DNA from: Alphaproteobacteria bacterium | GTDB taxonomy: Bacteria > Pseudomonadota > Alphaproteobacteria > Bin95 | Assembly (NCBI GenBank): GCA_965205265.1 | Contig: CBDBGH010000003.1 | Span: forward strand, 1,408,001-1,472,000 | DNA length: 64,000 bases | Direction: 5' to 3' | Shown here: positions 30,163-40,301 of the stretch, piece after piece | Layout of the letters: each line of letters starts with the position of its first letter | Numbering within the stretch: the stretch's first letter is position 1 | Translations under genes and position numbers: made by a program | The notes under the pieces: generated by a model | Databases searched by the model: none | What the model saw: only the letters and a program-made list of their open reading frames with translations | What the model was told of the DNA's origin: nothing

Positions 30163-31794
30163 TCACGCGGTAGGCAGGGTGTAGTCCTTGAAGTCGTCGC
30201 GCAGCTTGGTCTTCAGCAGCTTGCCGGTGGCTGTGTGCGGAAGTTCGTCCACGAACACCACGTCGTCCGGCTTCCACCATCGCGCGATCTTGCCGTCATA
30301 CCAGTCGAGCAGGTCGGACTTTTCCAGCTTCGCGCCTTCTTCCCTGACGGCGATGAGCAGGGGCCGTTCGTCCCAGTGCGGATGGGCGACCGCGATGACG
30401 GCCGCCTCCACCACCTCGGGATGGTCCACGGCGATGTTCTCCAGGTCGATGGAGCTGATCCACTCGCCGCCCGACTTGATGACATCCTTGGTCCGGTCGG
30501 TGATGCGCATATAGCCGTCGCCGTCCAGCGTTGCGACATCGCCGGTGGAGAACCAGCCGTCGGCGGTGTGGGCATCCGAATCGTCCTGCCTGTGATAGGC
30601 GCTCGCGATCCAGTATCCCCTCACCTGCAGGTCTCCGAAGGCGACGCCGTCGCGCGGCAGCTCCCCGCCGCTGTCGTCCACGATGCGCATGTCCACGCCG
30701 AAGATCGGCCGGCCCTGCTTCTCGGAGAGATCGAGCCACGCCTCCTCGTCCATGCCGTCATGCTTGGCGAGCGGCGTGTTGACCGTGCCGAGCGGCGACA
30801 TCTCGGTCATGCCCCAGGCATGGCGGACGATGGCGCCGTAGTCGCGCTTGAAGATCTCAATCATCGAGCGGGGGACGGCCGAGCCGCCGATCACGACATC
30901 GGCAAGCGGGCGCACGTCCTTGCCCGAACGCTTGAGATAATCGAGCAGCATCAGCCAGATGGTCGGCACGGCCGCCGTCATCGTCACGCCTTCGCCGGTA
31001 ATCAGCGCCTGGAGGTTTTCGCCGTCGAGATGCGGGCCCGGCAATACCAGCTTGGCGCCGGCCATGGTTGCGGCGTAGGGAATGCCCCAGGCGTTGGCGT
31101 GGAACATCGGGACCACCGGCATAACCGTGGCGCGCGCCGAAAGATTCATGCAGTCCGGCGCGACGGAGGCATAGCTGTGCAGGATGTTGCCGCGATGGCT
31201 GTAAAGGACCCCCTTCGGGTTGCCGGTCGTGCCGGAGGTGTAGCAGAGCGAGGAAGCCGTCCGCTCGTCGAAGCTCGGCCAGGAGAACACCGGGTCCTGC
31301 GCAGCCACCAGCGTATCGTAGGAGAGGAGGTTGAAATGCTCGCTCTCGGGCAGGCTCGCCTCGTCGCAAAGCACGACGACCGTCCGCACGGTATCGGCGA
31401 TTTCGGCTCCGAAGCTGTCCAGCAGCGGGACGAATCCGGGCTCAACGAAGAGAACGCGGTCGCCGGCATGGTTGACGATATAGGCAAGCTGCTCGACATA
31501 GAGGCGCGGATTTATGGTGTGGCATATCGCGCCGATCCCCGACACCGCATAGTAGATCTCGAAATGCCGCCTCGTGTTCCATGCCAGCGTGCCGACCGTG
31601 TCGCCGAAGCCGATGCCGAGTTCTGCGAGCGCATTGGCGAGCCGCTTGGCCTCGGCCTGGGCGTCGGCATAGCTGTAGCGGTGCAGGCCCCCCTCGACAT
31701 TGTGGGTCACGATCTCCGTCCCGCCGTGATATTCGGCGGCGAAATCGATCAGGGACGAGATCAGCATCGGCCGGTCCATGATCAATCCGAGCAT
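30163..31794 (-). CDS. Acyl-CoA ligase, AlkK/DmdB-like
   Basis: YTSGTTGNPKGVLYSHR, PMFHANAWG, WGMTE, TGD, KDVIKSGGEWISS, TATGK. Confidence 0.92.
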   Translation of the reverse strand: MLGLIMDRPMLISSLIDFAAEYHGGTEIVTHNVEGGLHRYSYADAQAEAKRLANALAELGIGFGDTVGTLAWNTRRHFEIYYAVSGIGAICHTINPRLYVEQLAYIVNHAGDRVLFVEPGFVPLLDSFGAEIADTVRTVVVLCDEASLPESEHFNLLSYDTLVAAQDPVFSWPSFDERTASSLCYTSGTTGNPKGVLYSHRGNILHSYASVAPDCMNLSARATVMPVVPMFHANAWGIPYAATMAGAKLVLPGPHLDGENLQALITGEGVTMTAAVPTIWLMLLDYLKRSGKDVRPLADVVIGGSAVPRSMIEIFKRDYGAIVRHAWGMTEMSPLGTVNTPLAKHDGMDEEAWLDLSEKQGRPIFGVDMRIVDDSGGELPRDGVAFGDLQVRGYWIASAYHRQDDSDAHTADGWFSTGDVATLDGDGYMRITDRTKDVIKSGGEWISSIDLENIAVDHPEVVEAAVIAVAHPHWDERPLLIAVREEGAKLEKSDLLDWYDGKIARWWKPDDVVFVDELPHTATGKLLKTKLRDDFKDYTLPTA

Positions 31795-31867
31795 CGGTGT
31801 TATTCCTTCCGAAGACTTGCGCCGCCCGTATTTATAGCGGCAGCCGGCGGCGAACGGGAGCGATGCG

Positions 31868-32854
31868 ATGCCCCTGCTTGAGGTGGAGAACCTGCGGGTC
31901 GAATTCCCGACCAGGCGCGGCGTGCTGGTTGCGGTGGACGGCATTTCCTTTGCGATAGAGGAGGGCGAGGTGCTGGGTGTGGTCGGCGAGTCGGGCGCGG
32001 GCAAGTCGCTGACCGGCATGTCGATCATCGGCCTTCTGGAGCCGCCGGGGCGCATCGCGGAAGGGCGCGTCCGCCTGGACGGCCGGCGCATCGACAATCT
32101 CGCGCCGGAGGCAATGCGCCGCATCCGCGGCAAGCAAATCGGCGCCGTCTTCCAGGACCCGCTGACCAGCCTCAACCCGCTCTACACCATCGGCCGGCAG
32201 CTTGTGGAAACCATCTCCACCCATCTCGACCTCGGCGACCGGGCGGCGCGCTCCCGGGCACTGGAGCTGCTTTCCGAGGTCGGCATTCCGGCTCCCGAGC
32301 GCCGTATCGACAGCTATCCGCACGAGTTTTCGGGCGGGATGCGCCAGCGCGTGGTGATTGCGCTCGCGCTTGCGGCCAATCCGCGCCTGCTGATCGCCGA
32401 CGAGCCGACGACGGCGCTCGACGTGTCGATCCAGGCGCAGATCATCGCGCTGCTGAAACGCCTCTGCCGCGAGCACGGCACGGCGGTCATGCTGGTGACG
32501 CACGACATGGGCGTGATCGCGGAGACGGCTGACCGGGTGGCGGTGATGTATGCCGGACGGATCGCCGAGATCGGCCCGGTGCGCGATGTCATCCAGGTTC
32601 CGCGCCACCCCTATACCGAGGGACTGATGGGATCGATCCCGACCATGGCGGAGCGGCGCGACCGGCTGGTCCAGATCGAGGGCGCCATGCCGCGCCTCAC
32701 CGAAATCCCGCCCGGCTGCGCCTTCGGTCCCCGCTGCCCGAAGGTCTTTGCCCGTTGCGGCGACGAGCGCCCCGAGCTGATGGCGACAGGAGGCTCCAGC
32801 CGCGCCGCCTGCTGGCTTTACGACGGCGTCCATGAAACCGAGGAAGGTCAATGA
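31868..32854 (+). CDS. Dipeptide/oligopeptide ABC transporter ATP-binding protein (DppD-like)
   Basis: [33 protein letters not shown]-terminal Cys cluster. Confidence 0.95.
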   Translation: MPLLEVENLRVEFPTRRGVLVAVDGISFAIEEGEVLGVVGESGAGKSLTGMSIIGLLEPPGRIAEGRVRLDGRRIDNLAPEAMRRIRGKQIGAVFQDPLTSLNPLYTIGRQLVETISTHLDLGDRAARSRALELLSEVGIPAPERRIDSYPHEFSGGMRQRVVIALALAANPRLLIADEPTTALDVSIQAQIIALLKRLCREHGTAVMLVTHDMGVIAETADRVAVMYAGRIAEIGPVRDVIQVPRHPYTEGLMGSIPTMAERRDRLVQIEGAMPRLTEIPPGCAFGPRCPKVFARCGDERPELMATGGSSRAACWLYDGVHETEEGQ

Positions 32855-33063
32855 ACACGAACGAAGACCCTGTAGCCCGCGATTTCGACCCGGACGCCGC
32901 GCCGGACCTGTCGCGGGACGGCTGGCCGGAGAAGTTTGCCGCTGCGAATGTCAGGTGGGAGGCAGCCGCCGGCAAACGCGGATCGACCGGGCGACGAGGG
33001 AGTGGATTGCGAGGTCCGCGACCTGCTTCCGATGCGTCCGGAAAGCGCGGCGCGGGACCATGA
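32851..33063 (+). pseudogene. Probable BrnA-antitoxin N-terminal relic
   Basis: DPDAAPDLSRDGWPEKFAAANVR resembles BrnA N-termini, but the RGRP motif and RHH domain are absent. Confidence 0.5.
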
Positions 33064-33122
33064 CAATGGGGAGAAATCCGGGTTAGGTTCCCGCCCGCAA
33101 ACAATCCCGAAAGGCTCCGAGG

Positions 33123-34697
33123 ATGCGACTCCGAACTGCTGCTGCGGCGCTCGCCGCGACGATGGCCATGGCGATGCCCGCCGGCGCCAAGACCTTCACC
33201 TGGTCGTTCCAGGGCGACGCGCAGGCGCTCGACCCCTATGTGCTGAACGAGACCTTCACGCTGGGCCTGCTCGGCAATGTCTATGAAGGGCTGATCCGGC
33301 GCGGACCGGACCTGGACATCCAGCCGGCGCTCGCCGAGCGCTGGGAGATCGTCGAGCCCAACCGGTGGCGCTTCCATCTCCGGCAGGGCGTCGTCTTCCA
33401 CAACGGCAACCCCTTCAACGCCGACGACGTGATCTTCTCCGCCGACCGCGTGCGCGCCGAGGGGTCGGACCTGACGACCCGCATCGCCAAGAGCGTCAAG
33501 GTCGAGAAGGTCGACGACTACACCGTCGATTTCGTGACCGACGGCCCCAACCCGATCCTGCATTCGGAATGGGCGACCTGGTACATCATGGACAAGGAGT
33601 GGTCGGAAGCGAACAACGCCGCAGCGCCGACCTCGCTCGCCGAAGGCACGGACAATTTCGCCGCCTTCAACGCCAACGGCACCGGCCCCTTCAAGGTCGT
33701 GAAGCGCGAAACCGATGTGGAAACGGTGCTGGAGCCGCATGAGGGCTGGTGGGACACGCCGAAGCACAACCTGACCCGCGTGGTGTTCAAGCCGATCGGC
33801 TCCGACGCGACCCGCGTCGCCGCGCTCCTCTCCGGCGAGATCGACATGGCCTATCCCGTGCCGGTGCAGGACATCAAGCGCGTGGACGGCAATGACGGCA
33901 CCTCGGTGCTGATCGGCCCCGAACTGCGCACGATCTTCCTCGGCCTCGACATCGCCCGCGACGAGCTTCTCTATTCGAGCGTCAAGGGCGCCAATCCGTT
34001 CAAGGACGTGCGGGTGCGGCAGGCCTTCTATCACGCGATCAATATCGACGCGATCCGCAAGAAGGTGATGCGCCGCCTGTCCGACCCCTCGGCGCTGATG
34101 ATCTCGCCGAAACTCTTTCCGCATGCTCCGGGAATCGAGCGGCTCGCCTATGACCCGGACAAGGCGAAATCGCTGCTGGCGGAAGCCGGTTACGGCGAGG
34201 GCTTCGAGGTCGGCATGAATTGCCCGAACAACCGCTATGTGAACGACGAGCAGATCTGCATCGCGATTTCCTCGATGCTCGCCAAGATCGGCATCAAGGT
34301 GAACCTCGTGGCCGAGCCGAAGGCGCTGTTCTTCAAGAAGATCCTGGGGCCGAACTACGACACCAGCTTCTTCCTGCTCGGCTGGACGCCGGGTTCGTTC
34401 GACAGCTGGAACGTGCTCTACAACCTGCTGAATTGCCGGGAGGATACCGGGCGCGGCAAGTTCAATGTCGGCGGCTACTGCAACAAGGACGTCGATGCGC
34501 TGACGGACAGGATCAAGGTCTCGACCGACGAGGCGGAACGCAACGCCATGATTGCGAAGGCCTATGAGATCGCCGCTGCCGAAGTCGGCACAATTCCGCT
34601 GCACCAGCAGGGACTGGCATGGGGCAAGAGCGACTCCGTCGAGCTCGCCCAGCGCGCCGACAACCAGTTCATGCTCTACTATGTCGTGAAGAAGTAG
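33123..34697 (+). CDS. ABC transporter substrate-binding protein, family 5 (DppA-like)
   Basis: Signal peptide, PALAERW, LRQGVVFHNG, GTGPFK, DVRVRQA. Confidence 0.95.
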   Translation: MRLRTAAAALAATMAMAMPAGAKTFTWSFQGDAQALDPYVLNETFTLGLLGNVYEGLIRRGPDLDIQPALAERWEIVEPNRWRFHLRQGVVFHNGNPFNADDVIFSADRVRAEGSDLTTRIAKSVKVEKVDDYTVDFVTDGPNPILHSEWATWYIMDKEWSEANNAAAPTSLAEGTDNFAAFNANGTGPFKVVKRETDVETVLEPHEGWWDTPKHNLTRVVFKPIGSDATRVAALLSGEIDMAYPVPVQDIKRVDGNDGTSVLIGPELRTIFLGLDIARDELLYSSVKGANPFKDVRVRQAFYHAINIDAIRKKVMRRLSDPSALMISPKLFPHAPGIERLAYDPDKAKSLLAEAGYGEGFEVGMNCPNNRYVNDEQICIAISSMLAKIGIKVNLVAEPKALFFKKILGPNYDTSFFLLGWTPGSFDSWNVLYNLLNCREDTGRGKFNVGGYCNKDVDALTDRIKVSTDEAERNAMIAKAYEIAAAEVGTIPLHQQGLAWGKSDSVELAQRADNQFMLYYVVKK

Positions 34698-34759
34698 GCG
34701 CCGGCGGGGGAGGGCAGGGCCTTGCCGCCGGCCCTCCCCGGGCCCAGATGGCCTCTGCC

Positions 34760-35188
34760 ATGACGGATGCCCTCTTCAAGCTCTACACGCGCGACATCCT
34801 CCGCCTTGCAGGCGGCATTTCCCGCGTGGGGCAGCTGGACGGGGCGGACGGGGCGGCGACGCGCACCAGCCGGCTTTGCGGCAGCGTGATGACGGTTGAG
34901 GTTGCGGTCGAGGACGGCCGCATCGCCGACTATGCGCAGCGCATCCAGGCCTGCGCCTTCGGCCAGGCGTCGGCGGCGCTGTTCGCGGAGACGGCGCCCG
35001 GACGCAGCGCCCGGGAGGTCGAGGAAGGGCGCGCCCAGGTCGAAGCGTTCCTGAAGGGCGGGGCGGCTCCGAACGGCGTGTGGAGCGCGTTCGGGCGCCT
35101 TGAGCCCGTGCGCGAGGTAACGGCGCGCCACGGCGCGGTATTGTTGCCTTTCGAGACGACGCTGGATGCGCTTCAGGCCGCGGCGTAG
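34760..35188 (+). CDS. IscU/NifU-like Fe-S scaffold protein
   Basis: KLYTRDIL, SRLCGS, ACAFGQAS, RHGAVLLPF. Confidence 0.85.
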   Translation: MTDALFKLYTRDILRLAGGISRVGQLDGADGAATRTSRLCGSVMTVEVAVEDGRIADYAQRIQACAFGQASAALFAETAPGRSAREVEEGRAQVEAFLKGGAAPNGVWSAFGRLEPVREVTARHGAVLLPFETTLDALQAAA

Positions 35189-36321
35189 CGGTTCGTAGTC
35201 GTTTCGAAATGGGCCACGGCCGGCTCGTTCCGGCCGATGGTGACATGCGCGTTCACCCCGGCGGCGAACCCCGCCTGAATCGTCTCGCCGGTCGGGAAGT
35301 CCTCTTCGATCACCGTGCGCACCGCCAGATCGACATTCTTGTCCCAGTGGATGCGCGCCTTTTCGCCCCGCACCGGCTCCGGAATGTAGAAGTCGAACAG
35401 GACCGTGGAAGCGCCCGGCCCGCCGCCCTTTTTCGGGAAACAGCGCCAGACCTCCATATGGTCCTTCTGGACGATGAAGGCGGTGTTCGGGAAGAACACG
35501 TAAACGAGCGCCGAGTTGTCCACGAGGTCCCAGTCCTCGGGCGGCTTCTCGCGCATTTCGCGGAGGCCGTGACGCGGCAGCACCTCGCGAAGATGCGGCC
35601 CGAACCCGTCGTAAAGGCAGAGATTGCCGATGAAGATCGAGGCGACGGTGTTCTTGTGCAGGAACGGGAAGTGGTAGGGCTCCAGGAAGGTATCGACGGC
35701 GATCTTCCAGTTCATGGAGAAATCGAAGCGCCGGCTGGAGTAGGGCACCCAGCCTTCGAGCCGGTAGGGCGCAAACTCCGCGGCCATGCCTTCGAGCAGC
35801 GTATCGACTTCGAACGGCTCGCCCGGCGTCGCCTGCACGAAGACCATGCCGTGCTTCTCCGCCACCGGCACCGGCGCCAGGCGGTGGCCGTCTCGTTCGA
35901 CGCCGGGGAAATTGCGTTCGTCGGGCAGGCCGATCAGCCGGCCTTCAAGGTCGTAGGTCCAGCCGTGGTAAGGGCAGGAGAAGGAGGCCGCGCCGCAGCC
36001 GCGGCCCTCGACGAGCCTCGCCCCGCGGTGGCGGCAGACATTCGCGAACGCCCGGAGTTCCCCGTCGCGGCCGCGGACGACCAAAAGCGGTATGCCGGTC
36101 TCGTCGCTGGCGATCCAGTCTCCGGGATCGGGCAACAGCCCCGAGAGCCCGACGAAGAGCGGGCGCCCGCGGAACAGCTTCCGGTTTTCCCGTTCGGCCC
36201 GCTCGGGGCAGGTGTAGGCGCTCACCGGCTGGCGGACGACCTCCGGCCAGACATCGGTCGTTCCCGCGTCGAGATGGGCGAACAGCCTGCGGGAGAGTTC
36301 CTGTTGAAGCTCAGCCTGCAT
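35173..36321 (-). CDS. Rieske aromatic-ring-hydroxylating oxygenase, alpha subunit
   Basis: NVCRHRG, CPYHGW, NWK, EPYHFPFLH, EED. Confidence 0.92.
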   Translation of the reverse strand: MQAELQQELSRRLFAHLDAGTTDVWPEVVRQPVSAYTCPERAERENRKLFRGRPLFVGLSGLLPDPGDWIASDETGIPLLVVRGRDGELRAFANVCRHRGARLVEGRGCGAASFSCPYHGWTYDLEGRLIGLPDERNFPGVERDGHRLAPVPVAEKHGMVFVQATPGEPFEVDTLLEGMAAEFAPYRLEGWVPYSSRRFDFSMNWKIAVDTFLEPYHFPFLHKNTVASIFIGNLCLYDGFGPHLREVLPRHGLREMREKPPEDWDLVDNSALVYVFFPNTAFIVQKDHMEVWRCFPKKGGGPGASTVLFDFYIPEPVRGEKARIHWDKNVDLAVRTVIEEDFPTGETIQAGFAAGVNAHVTIGRNEPAVAHFETTTNRYAAA

Positions 36322-37921
36322 CCTTTTCTTCCCGCTTTGCGAGGTCCCACAAGCGGTCCAGTTCCGCGAGCGGGGCCTCCGGAAGCGCCGTGCCTTCCTC
36401 CTGCGCGAGGGCCTCGACCCTGCGAAACCGCCTCTCGAACCGGGCGTTGGCGTCCCGCAGCGCCGTTTCCGGCTGGACGCCGAGCTTACGCGCGAGATTG
36501 ACGGCGGAAAAGAGCAGGTCGCCGATCTCGGCCGGGATGTCGGCATCCAGCGCCACTATCTCGTCCAGCTCCTCGCGCACCTTATCGAAAACCAGCGCGG
36601 CGTTCGGCCAGTCGAAACCGGCCCGCGCCGCGCGGCGTTGCAGCTTCTCCGCGCGCATCAGCGCCGGCAGGGCGAGCGGCACATCGTCCAGCACGCTCGA
36701 ACGCGGCGCGCCGGAGTCTTCGGCCTTGCGCTGGCGCTCGCGTTCCTTCTGCGCCTCCCAATTGGCGGTCTGCGCCTCGGCGTCGGCAACCGTGGCGCCG
36801 CCGAAGACGTGGGGGTGGCGCGCGACCATCTTGGCGGAAACCGCATTGACGACATCGCCAAAGGCGAATGCGCCGCGCTCCTCGGCCATTCTTGCGTGGA
36901 AGACGACCTGGAAGAGCAGGTCGCCCAACTCGTCGCGCAGCGCATCGAGGTCTCCGGAACGGATGGCCTCCGCGACTTCGTAGGCTTCCTCGACCGTGTA
37001 TGGCGCGATGGTCTCGAAACTCTGCTCGATATCCCAGGGACAGCCGACAGAAGGCGTCCGCAGGGTGGCCATGATTTCCAGAAGCGAATCAACGGGTTGC
37101 GATCCTATTGTCGCATAATGTATATTATGGGAAATCAAAGCCGGTGAATTCGGGAGGACTTCGAAGGTCATGCCGTCGATGCCGGGTTCGACCCCCTCCG
37201 GCAGTTCGGCAACGAGCGTCCGGTAGTCCATATAATGATTGAGATGCGTCAGCACGACGCGCCGCGGCCCGAGGCGTTCCACCCACTCCAGCACGACCGG
37301 CAGGAAGGCGTGGTTGCCGCTCGGAAAATCGGCATGGCCAGCGCCAACGATCCAGGTCTCGATTCCCTCAAGCGCCTCGAACGCGGCTTCGTCGAGATGC
37401 GATACATCGGTGCTGTAGGCGAAATTCCCGATCCTGAGCCCGGTGGACCGTCCCTGCCCGTGCTGCTGCTCGAAGGCCCGGAACCCGATGCCTGAAATCT
37501 CGAAGCGGTCTTCGATCGGATACGGATTCACGGCGGGCCGGAAGTAAACCGGCCCATCGACGGGACCGGCAAAGGCATAGGGAAACCTCTGCCGGATGCG
37601 CTCCAGCACTTCCGCCCGTCCGTAAACATCGACCGGGCCGCCGCGCTCGGTGCAGAGCGACTTCAGGTCGTCGATGCCGTGAATATGGTCGGCATGAGCA
37701 TGGGTGTAGATGACGGCGTCGAGCCGCCCGCCGCCCGCGGAAAGCCACTGCTCGCGGAAGTCCGGCCCGGTATCGACGACGATACGCGCGCCTTCCGCCT
37801 CGATCAGGATCGACGGCCGCCTGCGCCGGTTTCGCGGATCGTCGGGGTCGCAGGCGCCCCAGTCGCCGCTCGCGACCGGCACGCCGGCGGAGCCGCCGCA
37901 GCCGAGAACCGTTATGCGCAA
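36311..37921 (-). CDS. mazG: Continuous frame: PhnP-like MBL-fold hydrolase + MazG pyrophosphohydrolase
   Basis: TVLGCGGSAGVP, THAHADHIHGIDD, AYSTD, LTHL; then GCPWD, EEAYEV, DELGDLLFQVVFH, RHPHVF, EIGDLLF; no stop between domains. Confidence 0.85.
   Translation of the reverse strand: MRITVLGCGGSAGVPVASGDWGACDPDDPRNRRRRPSILIEAEGARIVVDTGPDFREQWLSAGGGRLDAVIYTHAHADHIHGIDDLKSLCTERGGPVDVYGRAEVLERIRQRFPYAFAGPVDGPVYFRPAVNPYPIEDRFEISGIGFRAFEQQHGQGRSTGLRIGNFAYSTDVSHLDEAAFEALEGIETWIVGAGHADFPSGNHAFLPVVLEWVERLGPRRVVLTHLNHYMDYRTLVAELPEGVEPGIDGMTFEVLPNSPALISHNIHYATIGSQPVDSLLEIMATLRTPSVGCPWDIEQSFETIAPYTVEEAYEVAEAIRSGDLDALRDELGDLLFQVVFHARMAEERGAFAFGDVVNAVSAKMVARHPHVFGGATVADAEAQTANWEAQKERERQRKAEDSGAPRSSVLDDVPLALPALMRAEKLQRRAARAGFDWPNAALVFDKVREELDEIVALDADIPAEIGDLLFSAVNLARKLGVQPETALRDANARFERRFRRVEALAQEEGTALPEAPLAELDRLWDLAKREEKDAG
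37108..37135 (+). other. dif site (XerC/XerD chromosome dimer resolution)
   Basis: TTGTCGCATAA-TGTATA-TTATGGGAAAT vs E. coli GGTGCGCATAA-TGTATA-TTATGTTAAAT; KOPS polarity inverts here. Confidence 0.9.
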
Positions 37922-38691
37922 GTCCGTGCTTTCCGGAACAGGCGGAAGAAGTTGTCCGTGGTTGCTGCTGCAAAGGCTTCGCCGGAAACGCCTTTCAGTT
38001 CGGCTGCGACCGCCGCCGTATGGACGACATAGGCCGGCTCGTTGCGCTTGCCCCGCATCGGCACCGGCGCCAGGAACGGCGCATCGGTCTCCACCAGCAA
38101 TCGGTCGAGCGGCACGTCCGCCGCGATCTCGCGCAGGGCCGCTGAATTGCGGAAAGTCACGATGCCGGAAAGCGAAATATAAAGCCCCAATTCCAGGGCC
38201 TTGTCCGCCAATGCCCGTCCGCTGCTGAAACAATGCATGACGCCCGGGACCTGCCCCGCCGCCTCTTCTTCGAGGATCGCCGCGGTGTCCGTATCGGCGT
38301 TGCGGCTGTGCACGACGAACGGCACGTCCGCCTTTGCGGCGGCGCGGATATGGCGCCGGAAGCTCTCCTGCTGGAGCTCGCGGGGGCTGCGGTCGTAGTG
38401 GTAGTCGAGGCCGGTTTCGCCGAGCGCGACCACCTTGGGGTGTTCCGCCAGGCCGGCAAGATACCCCTCTTCCGACAGCCCTTCGGCGGCGACATGGTGC
38501 GGATGCAGCCCGACCGCGCAGAACACGCTCTCATGGCGCTCGGCAAGCGCAATCACGGCCTCGGCCTGTCGCGGGCGGGTGCAGATCGTCACCATGCAGC
38601 CGACCCCGGCCTCGCGCGCGCGTTCCACCAGCGCATCGACTTCCCCCTCGAAGTCCGGGAAATCGAGGTGGCAATGGCTGTCCACCAGCAT
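37912..38691 (-). CDS. tatD: TatD-family hydrolase
   Basis: DSHCHLD, GLHPH, GETGLDY, HCFS, ETDAPFLAP. Confidence 0.95.
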   Translation of the reverse strand: MLVDSHCHLDFPDFEGEVDALVERAREAGVGCMVTICTRPRQAEAVIALAERHESVFCAVGLHPHHVAAEGLSEEGYLAGLAEHPKVVALGETGLDYHYDRSPRELQQESFRRHIRAAAKADVPFVVHSRNADTDTAAILEEEAAGQVPGVMHCFSSGRALADKALELGLYISLSGIVTFRNSAALREIAADVPLDRLLVETDAPFLAPVPMRGKRNEPAYVVHTAAVAAELKGVSGEAFAAATTDNFFRLFRKARTCA

Positions 38692-40241
38692 CAGGCTTCC
38701 TCGCCGCTATAGCGCGGGAACACGCCTTCCGGCCTGGGCAGCGCCCTGCCGGGGCTGAGCGTCCCGGCCTCTCCGAACGCCGCGAAATCGCGGGCTTCGG
38801 GCTCGACGGCAAGCTGGTCGAGAATGCGGTGGGACGCATCCGGCATGAACGGCAGGGTCGCAAGGGCAAGGCCCCTGATGGCCTCGGCGGCAACGAACAG
38901 GACCGTGCCCATGCGTTCCGGGTCGCTCCTGCGCAGCGCCCAGGGCTCCTCGCCGGCGATATAGGCATTGGCCGCCCGGATGACGCGCCAGATGTCTTCC
39001 AGCGCCTCGTGGAAGGCCTGGCGGTCCATCGCCGAGCGAAGCGGCTCGAGCAGGCCGCCGGCTTCGCCGAGCAACCCGTTGTCTTCTGGCAAAAACTGTC
39101 CCGGCCCGGGCAGCTTGCCGCCGCAATTCCGGGCGATCATCGAGAGCGTCCGCTGCACCAGGTTGCCGTAGTCGTTGGCGAGCTCGCCGTTCATGCGCTG
39201 GACCATCGACCGGTGCGAGAAATCGCCGTCATTGCCGAACGGCACCTCGCGCAGCAGGAAATAGCGGAGCTGATCCAGCCCGTAGCGTTCGATCAGGTCG
39301 TAGGGGTCGATGACATTGCCGAGCGATTTGGAGATCTTCTCGCCCTCATTGGTCCACCAGCCATGCGCGAACACGCGCCTGGGCGGCGCCACGCCGGCGG
39401 CCATGAGGAAGGCCGGCCAATAGACCGCATGGAAGCGCACGATGTCCTTGCCGACCATGTGAAGGTCGGCGGGCCAGTAGCGGCCGAACGATTCGCAGCC
39501 GGTCTCGGGGTAGCCGACCGCGGTGATGTAGTTGGTGAGCGCGTCCAGCCATACATACATGACATGGGCGTCGTCGCCGGGAACCGGAATGCCCCAATTG
39601 AAGGTCGTCCGCGAGACCGACAGGTCCTGCAGGCCCCCCTTGACGAAGCTGATGACCTCGTTGCGCCGGCTTTGGGGCCCGATGAAATCGGGATTCGCCT
39701 CGTAGAAGGCCAGCAGACGGTCCTGCCACCCCGACAGCCGGAAGAAATAGCTCGGCTCCTCGACCCATTCGCACTCGGCCCCGGTCGGCGCGATGCGGGC
39801 GCCGTCCCCGCGCTTCGTCACCTCGGATTCGGTAAAGAACGCCTCGTCGCGCACCGAATACCAGCCGGCATAGGTTCCCTGGTAGATGTCCCCGGCAGCC
39901 ACCAGCGCCTCCCAAATGCCCTGGCTTGCCAAAGTGTGGCGGTGTTCCGTCGTGCGGATGAAGTCGTCGTTCGACGTGCGCAGCGCCACCGCAAGCTTCC
40001 GGAAATTTTCCGACATCCGGTCGGTGAACGGTTGCGGCGCGTCGCCGGCGGCCGCTGCCGCCTTCTCGACCTTCTGCCCGTGCTCGTCCGTCCCGGTCAG
40101 GAACCGGACATCGTAGCCGTCGAGCCGCTTGAAGCGCGCCAGCACATCGCAGGCCAGCGTCGTGTATGCGTGGCCGATATGCGGCGCATCGTTGACGTAG
40201 TAGATCGGCGTGGTGATGTAGAACGGCGTGGCGTCGCTCAT
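38691..40241 (-). CDS. metG: Methionine--tRNA ligase
   Basis: YITTPIYYVNDAPHIGH, TGTDEHG, YVWLDAL, KISKS. Confidence 0.97.
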   Translation of the reverse strand: MSDATPFYITTPIYYVNDAPHIGHAYTTLACDVLARFKRLDGYDVRFLTGTDEHGQKVEKAAAAAGDAPQPFTDRMSENFRKLAVALRTSNDDFIRTTEHRHTLASQGIWEALVAAGDIYQGTYAGWYSVRDEAFFTESEVTKRGDGARIAPTGAECEWVEEPSYFFRLSGWQDRLLAFYEANPDFIGPQSRRNEVISFVKGGLQDLSVSRTTFNWGIPVPGDDAHVMYVWLDALTNYITAVGYPETGCESFGRYWPADLHMVGKDIVRFHAVYWPAFLMAAGVAPPRRVFAHGWWTNEGEKISKSLGNVIDPYDLIERYGLDQLRYFLLREVPFGNDGDFSHRSMVQRMNGELANDYGNLVQRTLSMIARNCGGKLPGPGQFLPEDNGLLGEAGGLLEPLRSAMDRQAFHEALEDIWRVIRAANAYIAGEEPWALRRSDPERMGTVLFVAAEAIRGLALATLPFMPDASHRILDQLAVEPEARDFAAFGEAGTLSPGRALPRPEGVFPRYSGEEA

Positions 40242-40301
40242 GGGAGGCGGACATCCGGGTCCGGGAACACGGGCGCGTTGTCCCACTTATAATTCGCGGA
40301 A

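Noticed and set aside
34699-34745. GC hairpins after dppA and at 45872-45903 as Rho-independent terminators
   Set aside because: No U-tract follows either hairpin
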